Source of the DNA: a virus | Lineage: Duplodnaviria; Caudoviricetes | Virus record (IMG/VR): IMGVR_UViG_3300024255_001563 | Span: 96,001 to 160,000 of that record | Length of the DNA stretch: 64,000 nt | Strand: one strand, 5' to 3' | In this document: positions 18,201 to 30,700 of the stretch, piece by piece | Numbering within the stretch: the first letter of the stretch is position 1 | How the letters are laid out: each line of letters opens with the position of its first letter | The notes under the pieces: generated by a model | The model's input: only the letters and a program-made list of their open reading frames with translations | Told to the model about the DNA's origin: nothing | Databases searched by the model: none | Program-made: the position numbers and the translations under genes

Positions 18201-18709
18201 ATCCAGTTAAGTACAAAGTACTATTTGGATCAAATGCGGAAGAAGATTTGCAAGCTACATTTAAAGTTGTAAAAAATAAAGACAAAGTTTTAAACAACAA
18301 CGACATAAAGACAAGAGTAATTACAGCAATTAATCAATTTTTTGCATTAGAAAATTGGGATTTTGGCGAAACATTTTATTTCTCAGAACTTGCAAATTAT
18401 GTAATGTACAAATTATCGCCTGACTTATCAACATTTATAATAGTTCCAAATCAAGGCGATCAAGGTTTTGGAAGTCTATTTGAAATAAAATCAGAAAGCA
18501 ATGAAATTTTTATTAGCGGAGCGTCCGTGGATAATATTGAAATAATTGATGCGGTTACTGCGTCAAAGCTTAAAGCAGATAGTAATATAGTAACAGAAGT
18601 GTCGTCGGCAAATGTAGGAATTCAAAGTTCTGCGTTGGACGAAACAGCTACAAAAGTTAGTCCAACACAAAATGTAATTACTAATATTAATAGAGGAAAT
18701 ACTTACTAA
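15218..18709 (+). CDS. gp6: Baseplate wedge subunit, gp6-like (extended)
   Basis: DFKSYDFDNLRRTMVQYL...DYTESSEYLALIDLIAY...NARENYLELAERRESVLRLARLLSYNPKR; FSDGIFGNLP; QNRMVTGEDY. Confidence 0.9.
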   Translation: MSSSDRQNRLLLSEDWKRVYQSFRNADFKSYDFDNLRRTMVQYLRENYPEDFNDYTESSEYLALIDLIAYLGQNIAFRIDLNARENYLELAERRESVLRLARLLSYNPKRNQAANGLLKLQSVRTSEEVYDSNNINLQGQTIVWNDPSNSEWYEQFIKILNLSLPVNNTFGRSNKNEIINGITTEQYRFNSVNNDVPIFSFNKVIDGRSLQFEITSTDISADAVLEEAPFPGNKFAFIFKDDGKGITSPNTGFFSHFRQGTLDQGVFTVNSPSTNQAISVEALDINDSDVWLYGLDSLGNESELWTKVEALQGNNIIYNSLSKKERNIYSVLTRVDDRISLMFSDGIFGNLPKGSFRVYYRTSQNDRTIVTPRDLSNVSISISYISRSGKTETLRLIYNLQYTVDNSAESESTDSIRFNAPSTYYTQNRMVTGEDYQLAPLGISQNIVKSKSVNRTSSGISRYFDLIDATGKYSKTTLYGNDGVLYKEYSDLLVNFAFQTKTDVEGVILNSILPVLSNKKVRNYYFDKFPRILTGDLEITWNQETTETNLSTGYFKNKEGAALKLGSFTSSILSLLKQGTLIKFIAPTGSHFNKDLDIVSGNPSIIGDTTYKWVKLISVNGTGFEIRDDNTGAVYLNDEIPTGAILSEIKPALPNNLIASVKQQVIDQIFAYKTFGLRFDQTASEWRIVTENNLSIGSEFSTGKSGDTTNQQLDASWILLFETDGERYSVTYRGMRYVFESDKEIKFYYDPTEKIYDSNSGKIIKDLISVLSVNYQPDSTSAFTKDYNWEIVDIYRDVEGYVDSKKIEISFFDADEDGIVDDADLFEEIASPSVNTLNKYVIFKRIKSTDGVEDFNYLDNANKEVIILSSKSEVRPFSEYSNGQVFYYIDNDIFEVLDQSILKLNISADYKARLGRTDLKFRYVHSASANERIDPSASNIIDMYLLERNYDTSYRNWLLNKSTTKPLPPSSDQMHISYAPSLNQIKSLTDEIIYHPVKYKVLFGSNAEEDLQATFKVVKNKDKVLNNNDIKTRVITAINQFFALENWDFGETFYFSELANYVMYKLSPDLSTFIIVPNQGDQGFGSLFEIKSESNEIFISGASVDNIEIIDAVTASKLKADSNIVTEVSSANVGIQSSALDETATKVSPTQNVITNINRGNTY

Positions 18710-21700
18710 TGGCTCATAACGATAATCAAAAAGAATTTCCAATTCCGGACGGTAACTCGAATAAAAGAGAAACTGCTAGACATTTACCTAAGTACTTTAG
18801 AACAGAAAAAAATCAAAAGTTTTTACAATCTACATTAGATCAATTATTACAGCCAGGAACTGCTGAAAAAACTAATTCTTTTGTTGGAAGAAAAACAGCT
18901 AAATCTTTTTCTCTTAATGATACTTATTTAGACGAAGTATCAGACGATAGAGCTAATTATCAATTAGAGCCTGTAAGCGTTATTAAAGATCAGAATAATA
19001 ATGTAACGTATTATCAAGAATACAGAGATTATATTAATCAGATTGCAAACTTTGGTGGCGTTAATAATAATCATAGTAGAAATACTAAACAAGAATTTTA
19101 TACAATTGATCCACATATTGACTGGGATAAGTTTACTAATTTTAGAAATTACTATTGGCTTCCGAATGGTCCTCAAGCAGTAGATATTCCTGGCGAACAA
19201 AAAGAAATTGCAAGTACTTACACTGTAGAATTACAGTCGGCATTGGGCGATTATTCCTACGTATTCAGTCCAGACGGGTTAACTAACAATCCAACATTAA
19301 AATTATACAGAGGTGTAAAGTATAGGTTTGAAATTACAACTCCCGGAGTTCCATTAACTTTTAGAACAAAACGAACATTAGACGATGAATTTTTATTAGA
19401 TGAAGGAATAACGGCGCAAGAAGTTGAAAGCGGCGTTATAGAATTAACATTAGGAACAGAATCCCCGGATGAATTGTTTTATGTAGCTAGTAATGATATT
19501 AATATTGGCGGCCTGATTAGAGTTGCAAACCAAGAAGATGCCTCGTTTATCGATGTTACTAGCGAAATACTAAACAAAAAAGCATATACTACTAGAGACG
19601 GCTGGGCGCTAACTAACGGATTAAAGATTAAATTTGCTGGCGAAACCATCCCTTCGACATATGCAGAAGGCGAATGGTACGTAGAAGGTATAGGCGATAA
19701 AATTAACCTAGTTTCAAGTACAGACGTTGACGTATCTTTTCCGGTCGGAATTGATTTAACTGTTCCGTTTGATGATATTGATGGTGAAGGTTTTGACGGA
19801 TTGCCGTTCTCTCAAGCTATTGGATATCCTAAAGATAAAGACTATATTCTTATTAACCGTGCTAGTGTTGATGGTAATTTTTGGGCAAGATACAATAGAT
19901 GGTTCCATAAAGATGTTATCGACTTATCTTCTCGAGTCAACGGAGTTTCGGTTAACTTAGATCAAACACAGCGAGCTAGCCGTCCTATTATTGAATTTGA
20001 TGCAGGCTTAAAATTATATAACTTTGGTACAAAAAATAAATCTAGTGTCGATCTTATAGATAATTTTACATCAGACGTTTTTAGTACTATTGAAGGCGGC
20101 CTTGGATATAATGTTGACGGAATACAACTATCTCAAGGCATGCGAGTATTATTTTTAAATGATCCTGATCCTCTTGTAAAAGGTAGAGTCTTTGAAGTAA
20201 CCTTTATTAATTTTAAAGGTTCTGGCGAAACAGGACAAATTAGTTTAGTAGAGACTGATGATAGTATTCCTCAGTCTGGAGAAAATGTATTAGTAATAAG
20301 AGGCAACGAAAACGGCGGCAAAATATGGTATTTTGATGGAGAAATCTGGAATATTGCACAAGAAAAAACTTCAGTAAACCAACCTCCGATATTTGATGTT
20401 TTTGATAAAGACGACGAAAGCTTTTCAAATACAGAAAAATATATTGCAAGCTCATTTAGAGGAACTAAGATTTTTGGGTATAAAGAAAATCAATTAACAA
20501 CAGATTCTGAATTGGGATTTGGTATTTCTTATAGGAGTATCAGTAACGTAGGTGATATTGTTTTTGATTTTAATTATAACACAGATGCGTTTAATTATCA
20601 AGATAATGATCAAATTACTACTATTCCGATCAACAAAGGCTTTTTAAGAAAGTATTATAACAATAATACATTTGAATCTGTAGGTATTTACACTAAAGCT
20701 CATAGGATGAGTGAACAAAAAGTTATTCTACAGTATGTTAACGACAGAACAAGATTAACATATCCTATTAATTGTTATAACCAAAGTTCTTATTTAGATG
20801 ACTTAACAGTAGCAGTTTATGTTAACAATATAAGACAGAAAGAAAATGTTGACTTTGTATTAGAAAATAATGCAGATAAATTTAAACATGTAAAGTTTAA
20901 TAATACTGTTCCAGTTGATTCGACAATTATTATTAAATGTGCTTCGTCTAAACCTAAAAATAAAAACGGCTATTACGAAATTGCTTCTAATTTAGAAAAA
21001 AACCCGTTGAATGACGACATTGAATCATTAACGTTAGGTGAAATCAGTGAACATGTTGCAACAATAGTTGACAGTTTAATAGATGAAATTGGTGATGAGT
21101 TTACTAGTACAAACTTTAGAGATATTAGTAATTCGTCTAAGTACGGCAAAAAGTTTTTAAAACATAGTTCGCCGCTAAACTTATCAATGTATAGTTTATT
21201 AGATAAAGACTCTAATCTTATAAAATCTATTAGATATGCTAAAAAAGAATATTCCAAATTTAAAAGAGAATTTTTAGAAATTGCAGAAGGATTAGAATTT
21301 AATGGATCTAATAAACAACATGTTGATGAAATTATTAAGGAATTAACAAAAAGTAAAACATCTTCAATGCCATTTTATTTTAGCGATATGATTCCTTATG
21401 GCACAGCAATTAAGACTAGGATCATAGTAGAAGACCCTGATGCTAGATTCTTTGCCTTAAATAGACAATTTACTTTAGATACATTAAGCACACAAGCAGT
21501 AACAGTTTACTTAAATAATACCCAGCTTTTACACGAAAAAGACTATATCTTTAATAGTCAAGGTTTTATCGAAATTACTGCAACAAAGAGCTTTCAAGAC
21601 ATAATCGAAATAAACGAGTACGATACAACTAATGGATCGTTTATACCTCCAACTCCGACAAAATTAGGATTATATCCGTTACATCAACCTGAACAGTTTG

Positions 21701-24700
21701 TTGACAATTCTTACAGCACTCCGGTAACGTTAATTAAAGGACACGATGGAAGCATTGTAAGAGCGTTTAATGACTATAGAGATGAGCTGATTCTAGAATT
21801 AGAAAAGAGAATTTTTAATAATATTAAAGTTAAATATGATCAGACACTGTTTAACATACATAATTACTTACCGGGACTAAATCGTAATACAGGGTTTAGT
21901 AGACAAGAAGTTTACACTCCGATGATTAGTGACTTTTTACAATGGATGACACTTGTTGACACAGATTATACTATAAACAGTTATTACGATAGGCAAAATA
22001 GTTTCACATTTAATTATTCTAAATTATCAGATAAAAACGGCGACATGTTACCGGGTTGGTGGAAAGGTGCATTTAGACATTACTTTGACACTATTACACC
22101 TCACTTAACTCCTTGGACAATGCTAGGTTATACTATAAAACCTACATGGTGGGAAGACCAATATGGCCCGGCACCTTACACTAAAAATAATTATCTTTTA
22201 TGGGAAGATTTAGAAAAGGGCATTATTAGAGAGCCAGGAAAAGGTTTTGTAATCAATCCGCTTTATGCTCGTCCTGGATTAACAACGTTTATACCTGTTG
22301 ACAAAAATGGCAATTTGTTAGGACCTTCAGATTGTAACATTCCTAAGAAGTTTAACACAGTTAATCTTAACGATGGATTTGTATTTGGAGATTCGGCTCC
22401 TGTTGAAGAAGCTTGGAGAAATAGTTCTGAGTTTCCATTTGCATTATTAACTAGCTTGGCAATAAATAATGCACCGTTATTACTAGCTACTGGATACGAT
22501 AGATCTAGACAAGTTCGAAATCAGTTAGGGCATATAGTTTATTCTGAAACAGATACTTACATAAAATTACAAGATATTGTTACTTTCAGTGATGCACAAG
22601 ACTCTCAGTTAATACAAACTTCAGGTGTTGTAAATTATGTGCAAGGATATATGGCTTCTACACTATCAGATAATTTTTATAATTATCAAACAGCATTAAC
22701 GTCGATTCAAAATAATCTAGCATTTAAAGTAGGCGGCTTTACTGATAAAAGTAAGTTTAAATTAATACTTGATAGTAGAACTCCGTTAAACGACGGTAAT
22801 GTATTCATTCCTGAAGAAAACTATCAAATTTTCTTAAGAACTAGCTCTCCATTAAAGACAATTAACTACAGTGGTGTTATTATCGAATTAAGTGCCCAGG
22901 GATTTGTAATTAGAGGTTACGATAGAGAAATACCTGCATTTACTTACTATCCTTCGTACCAGTCATCTAACGATATAAGCACAAATGTTGGCGGAGTTTC
23001 AGAATCGTTTGTGAGATGGGAAGCAAATAGAACGTATTCAAAAGATACTATAGTTGAAGGTGCAGCAGGAGTTTACTACAGGGCTACGTCTACCTTTACT
23101 TCAGTTAATCAAATTGACACTAAGAACTTAGTAAAACTTCCTAAACTACCGGTAACAGGCGGAATTGATGCAATATTTAAAAGCAAGTTTAATAAATCAC
23201 AAACACTAAGTTTGCAATATGGAAGTACACTACGTACTGTACAAGAAGTAATTGATTTTTTATTGGGATATGAAGCTTGGTTAAAAGATCAAGGATTTAG
23301 ATTTGAGTATTTTGACGGCAATGAGCAGATCATTTCAGACTGGAAAGCATCTGCTAAAGAATTTATGTTTTGGGTTACACATAAATGGGGCGAAGGCGCA
23401 TTAATCTCGCTCAGTCCGGCAGCAGATCAAGTGTATTTTGAAACAGAATATTCGATAGTTGATAGCGTAACTGATAATTTTTATGGATATAGCTTACTTA
23501 AAGCAGACGGTAAATCATTAACACAAGACCTTATTAAAATTAATCGTATAGAAGATAACGTTTTTAAACTAGAGCCTGCTAGTGCAACAGATGGAATTTA
23601 TGCTATTAAGCTTCCTGTTGTACAAAAAGAGCATGTTGTATTAATTGACAATTTATCAGTATTTAATGATATTGTTTATCAGCCAGAAACAGGATACAGG
23701 CAAGACAGAATTAAAATATTTGGATACCGCACAGGCGACTGGAACGGTAGTTTAAATATTCCTGGATTTATATATTCGGAAGTTAACATAAGTGACTGGG
23801 AGCCTTGGAAAGATTACAAAGTAGGCGATATAGTAAAATACAAAGAATTTTATTATACTGCTGATAAACAAGTACCTGGAGAAGAATTCTTTAATTTCTA
23901 TAGTTGGAAACGTCTAGACGATGTTCCATCTAGCAAACTACAGCCAAATTTTGATTATAAAGCTACACAGTTTACAGATTTTTATGATCTAGACACTGAC
24001 AATTTTGATGTCGAGCAGCAACAGCTTGCACAACATTTAATTGGTTATCAAAAGCGCCAGTATTTAGAAAATATTGTTAATGACGAAGTTAGTGCGTATA
24101 AATTTTATCAAGGAATGATTAAAGAAAAAGGGTCTAAAAATAGTCTTGATAAATTATTTGATGTACTAAGCGAGACAGATTCTGATAGCCTTGATTTTTA
24201 TGAAGAGTGGGCAATTAAACAAGGTCAATACGGATCAGCCGAAGGCTTTGATGAAGTTGAATTTAAATTAGACGAGCAAAAGTTTAGGTTAAACCCGCAA
24301 CCGATAAAATTAACAAATTTAGATAATCTAGAGGGATTAACATACGGAATTAAAGACTACGAAGTATTTAAAAAACCTAGCAATTATTCTACAGATTTAT
24401 TTCCGACACTAGATACTTATAGCCAGTTTACACGTAGTCCCGGATTTGTTAATCTTGACGATACAAAATATATACTATCTAATTATGATGACTTACTAAC
24501 ATTAAACATAGATACAACATTAAAAGGCGAGTATGTTTGGGTAGGATCTAGTTTAAATTCTTGGAATGTTTATCAATATGATAAAATAGATACAACTTTA
24601 ATTGGGGTTCAAACACTTCCTGAAAAAGTAACTGATACAACATCAGCTTATGAATTAAAATTAACTTTAAATAATTCTCCTAGTGTCGACGTTGGAGAAA

Positions 24701-27700
24701 TTATCGGAGTATATGATGTAATTACAGAGACAGTAAGTGCCAACTCTGTAACTACAATTCAGGAACAAAACAGTTTTAGTGGTTTCTTTAAAGTTACTAA
24801 AAAGGTATTAAACATTATATATGTTGAATCAGATGATCAATATCCTGAGGTAATTGACTGTATTGGAATTATTACTAAGTTTGACTCTGTTAAAGTAGCA
24901 AATTATAAAGAAGCAAATGAGTTTGCACAGTCGGGCATAATCAAAGACTCGTTGATTTGGGTTGAAAACAATAATCAAAATTGGAAAGTTCTTAAAAACA
25001 CTCAGCCATACAACTTACTGCAAAAAATAGAAGGCGATACTTCTGAAATTAATGACGACTTTTCTAGATCTATTGCAGTTAATGATAGAAACAGTATAAT
25101 CTCAATCGCATCACCAAACGCAGGCAATGACGGCAAAATATCAATATACAATAGAGGCGGAAATAATCAAGACTATCAGTTTTCGCAATTTATTGAACCA
25201 AATATAGAAGTTGCAAACTTTGGAAAGCAATTTGGGTTAGGACAAGGCTTTTCGTTAGACGGAAAATATTTACTAGTAGGTGCACCAAGTGCAGCAAATG
25301 TAAAATCAAGATTTAAGGGTCCTTGGGACGAAAATACAGATTATCAAAATGGTGATATTGTAAAATATGAAGGCCTATTATGGGAAATAATAGTAGACAT
25401 TCAGGGTGCTGCTTCAGCACAAGAATTTGGAAGTTTTGGATCGATTATTGAAATTTTGCAAAAAAATAATATTTTTGCAGCAGAAGCATCATTTAAAAAC
25501 ATTGTTACTGGTAATTATCCGTTTAGTGACGTTGAAACTGATCATGTTTTAATTAGAGCACCTAGAGATCAATATAATGCAACAGGTACAGGAGATACTG
25601 TATTTTTTGATTGGTATTTACAAACTACTGCAAATCAGGATCAAGATGTTTTAGAAGACAGACAGCCGTTTGACGGAGCTATTCCGCAAATAAATGAAAC
25701 ATTCTTAGAATCAGGATTAACAATTCAGAAAAAGGTCGACGTTGTTCTTTATATTGACGTCATATCAGCAATTCCAGAAATTGGCGATCAAGTTGAAGCA
25801 GAAAATGTATTTGGGTATGTTAATTATGTGTTTGTAGATGCAGGTGCAGCAACAATTTATATTGAAAGAACATCGGGGCAGTGGAGTACTACTGATAATA
25901 TTTTCTTAGAAAGTGGTGAGTTTGTTGGACAATATGTTAAACAACTGCCCGACGAACAAATTGATGTAACAGCAGATTTAGGCGGTTACTGGTATTTTGA
26001 TTTAGGAACAACTATTACAGTAGGTGACACAAGAACTGACGAAGGAAGATCATTAGCAGTTTATAATATAGTTCCTCAAGGAAGTGTAGATCTAGAGGCA
26101 GCTGGCGGCAACATCTACGATTTAAATAACAGTGTAACTAATATTGGCGAAAATTCTATTAACAGTTATATTAGAACGTTAACATATCAAGGTACACCAG
26201 GCCCTGGAGGAAGTTTAAATATTATTCCTAGTGATCTGTTTATAGTTAGAGCACCAAAAGATTTAACAGATAAGTTAGTTGTAGGTGACGAAGTAGGATT
26301 AGAAATTTTAAGATTTCCAAAATACAGTGATGATAGCTATGTAGATATAACTCCTACAGGACTCTCATATACAGACACTAACAAGAAACATACATTGTAT
26401 GATTTATGGACTGGTTACATTGATTTTGACCTAGACGAGTTAACGCCTCCGGATCAAGGCGGACAGCCTTACGAACCAAGAGTTGGCCAATTTGTTCGAG
26501 AAAGAACTCCTAATCCAGGCGGAACAGCTAGAGTAGTATTTTTCCAAAAGTTTAACAACAGCCGTGGCAGAGTATATGTTACTGATGTACAAGGAGACTG
26601 GGGAATCGGTAACGACGGCAGATATCTTGAAATGATTGGCACCGAATCTGATACGTTTACGAGTCAAACATTAGGCGACATTAGAGCAACTGCGTTAGGT
26701 AGTGAAGATTTAAATATTGGTAGTCTTTGTGTATTTCAGTTAGATGCTGAAATTGAAGATGTTCCGCCAGCAAGTACTATCATAGGAGCAGAATATCTAA
26801 TATACAAAGATTTTGAAATTTTAGGATTACCGCTTCTTCCTAATTTTCCAAGTTCAGATAATTTTGATTATAAGCAAGTTTTTAATATTAAAACTGATCC
26901 TAATGGTAGCGGTAACGGGCTATCTAACTTTGGTTATTTTGCAGTATACGAAAAAGAAAATGTTTCGTCATTTAATGTTGTAAATTCATTTATTGTTCCA
27001 GACGAACTTGATAATTTAAGAATTGGTTCTACAATTAAAATTGCAAAACGTAACGATCTATATAAAGCATTTATTGGATGTGCAGGCAACGGAACGACTA
27101 ACAACCCTGGAAGAATTTACTTTGTAAATAACGGTACAGACGATGAAGGTATAGTTTATAATTGGGAACTTGCGAAAGACAAGCGTTATAAAGGAGAATT
27201 TAATTCTAATAAAAACTTTTTTGTAAATGATTATGTTTATTATGAAGGTTATTTTTACGAAGCGTTAACTAACATTGCTGGTGACGGATCTACATTTATT
27301 CCAACTGAATGGCAATTAATCAATAGTGATCAAATTAGAAGTATTGATTACTTAGGATATGTGCCAAATGATACAAACATATTACCTGAAGATTTTAATT
27401 ATAAAGGATTCTTTACTAAACGCTCTAACTACATTGTTGACGAAATTATACAATACCAAAACGGAAATTTTTACAAAGCACTAAGAAATATTCCTTTAAA
27501 TTATAACGGATTTATTGATAATAATGGTGTAATAGAAGTTCCGTCAGCAGATTGGGAGTTAATAAACTTTACTCTTGGAGGCGATCAAGACTTAAGACTT
27601 GACTCTACAAACTTAGTTAAATTTGCAGAAAAGTTTGATGTAAGCGATAACGCAGAAGTGTTAGTTGTAACTGCTGAATTTAATAACGGTATAAGAAAAG

Positions 27701-30700
27701 TTGTTATTTATAGAAATGTAAATGATAATTACCAAAAAACACAGGAACTTGTATCTCCATTAGTTAACGATCTTAACATAGAGTTTGGCAAGTCTTTGAG
27801 CATTAGCCAAGATGGAAATTTAATTGCAATAGGCGCCCCTGGCGCAGATGACTCTACATTAGGCGATAACATTGGCGCAGTTTATATATACGAACAAAAA
27901 GACGGAACCTTTGAGCTATCTCAGACACTAACAAGCGCAACGCCTGCAGAAGGTGAAGCATTTGGAAGTACTATTGATTTTGATGGTAGAACATTATACG
28001 TTAGTGCGTATAACGCATCGAGCGATGATGATACTACATTTGACAATACGTCAACAACGTTTGATAATTTATTTACAGCATTTAAAAATAAAATTAAAAT
28101 TAACGGTGCGGTTTATGTTTATGACAGGATTGATAATTCGTTAATATTTGGACAAGCAATTGATTATCACACTTACTTAGATCGAGACAGTGTAGCAGAA
28201 ATTGACAGATTTGGTAGAAATATTCTTGCTAAAAATAATCACATTTATGTTGCAGTTCCTGAGTATACTAACTCTAGCGGAAATACTGGAATTTTATTAG
28301 ATTACAGACGTCCAGGCACTGAAAAATTATGGAGTATCCATAGAGAAAACCAACCAACTGTTGATTTAGAAAAAATTAAAAGTATTTTCTTATATGATTC
28401 TAAGAAAAATGAACTTGTACAGTATCTAGATTATATTGATCCTGCACAAGGCAAAATTGCAGGTCCTGCAGATCAAGAAATTAGATATAAAACAACTGTA
28501 GATCCTGCTGTTTACACACTAGGAACTAGCAATTTAGTAGTAGACGAAACATTATCATGGGGTCCTGAACAAAAAGGCAGAGTATGGTGGGATTTATCTA
28601 ATGCAAAATTTTATGATGTATATCAAGGCAACTTAATATATAAAGCAAATAACTTTAATACACTGTATCCTGGAGCATCAATAGATGTTTACGAATGGGT
28701 AGAAAGTAAATACACTCCTGAAGATTGGGACAAACTTTCTATCACTTCCCGAGGTGCAGCTGAAAACATCACAGGAACTACAAAATACGGAAGTGTATCA
28801 TATAGTTCACGACGAGTATATGATCCTGTTGTAGGAAGTTTTACAACTTATTTTTATTATTGGGTTAAGAATAAAACAACAGTTCCTGACATATTAGGAA
28901 GAAAACTATCAGTTAACGCTGTATCTAAGTTAATTGAAGATCCTAAGGGAGAACAATATAAATTTATTTCTTTTGCTGATTCGTCTTCGTTTGTGTTACA
29001 CAACTGTGGGAAGCTATTAAAAGATAGTGACATTGTTCTTAATATACAATACTGGACTACTGGAAACAAGTATTCTAATATTCATAACCAATATCAAATT
29101 GTAACCGAAGGCCTGTCAACTAGTGTGCCTAACGATACTATTATTAATAAAGTTTTTGACAGTTTAGTTGGATACGATTCTCAAGGCAGAAATGTTCCTG
29201 ATGCTACATTGTCAGTAAGAGAAAAATATGGGATACTTAACAAACCAAGACAGTCAATGTTTGTTAATAGATCAGAAGCATTAAAGCAGGTTATCGAACG
29301 TGTTAATTTAATATTCAAAGAAAATTTAATCATAGACGAAAAAGACACTTCGTTATTATTTGATAATGATCCTGCTCCAAAAATTACATCAGGTAGATAC
29401 GACACTGTTATTGACAATCATGTAGATTTACAATTTGTTAGTTCGGCAAGAGCACAAACAGCAGAGTTAACTCCAATAGTTGAAAATGGTAGAATTGTTC
29501 GTGTAGATATTGCAAATCCTGGAAGAAGCTACAAAGTTGTTCCTACATACGAAATAACAGGACAAGGCGCAGACGCTAAACTTGCAATATCGTTAAACGC
29601 ATTGGGACAAATAGATAATGTTGCAGTTTTAAATCAAGGATATAACTATAACGAAAATACAGTGATATCTGTTAGACCAATCGCTGTATTAGTTAATTCA
29701 GACGAAACTGCAAACAGTCAGTGGGCGCTTTATCATAGAATTAGTAACGAATGGATAAGAGTTGCATCTCAAGCATATGACGTTAAGTCTTATTGGGATT
29801 ACATTGATTGGTATGCCACAGATTATGATCAGTTTACTCAAGTAAATCATCTAATTGACTTTACATATAATTTGCAAGGCTTAGACGCAAATAATGGCGA
29901 TATCGTTAAGGTATTAAATGCTGGCGGCGAGGGCTGGATCTTATTAGAAAAAATTGACGAGCAAGATACTATTGACTATACTGTAAATTATAAAACAGTT
30001 GGAAAACAAAATGGTACAATTAAATTAAAAGAAACATTGTATAGTTTTGATAATAGCTTAATTGGATTTGACAATCAAACGTTTGATACACAATTCTTTG
30101 ATAAACAGCCTATTGCAGAAGTACGTATAATTTTAAAAGCACTAAAGGATAATATTTTTGTTGCAGACTTGGCAGACGAATTTAACAACCTATTCTTTGT
30201 TTGTTTGAGATATGTATTTACAGAACAAGGCTATGTTGATTGGGCGTTTAAAACTAGCTTCATAAAGGCACAACATAATGTTGGAGACCTACAACAAAAA
30301 GTAACGTTTAAAAATGACAATTTAACAAGTTTTGAGAATTATATTAACGAAGTAAAACCATATAAGTCTAAGATTAGAGAATACGTGTCAACTTATTCTA
30401 AACTAGAAAACACTTCAAATATAATTTCTGACTTTGATAGTCCGCCGCGATTTAATAGTACTACAGGAGCAATTACAGCAACAGATGTTAAAGTTGTTAA
30501 CGGGGTACTGTTTAATACAGGACAAACAGCAGTAATTGATCAATCTTGGTTAGCTAATTTAACATATGAAGTAATTGAAATCAATATAAGTGATTCGGGA
30601 GAAGGATATGTATTTCCTCCATTAATTGAAATTGAAGGAGACGCAACGGCTAAAGTATCACTAGGGCCAAATGGAATATTGTCTAAAGTAATAATTACTA

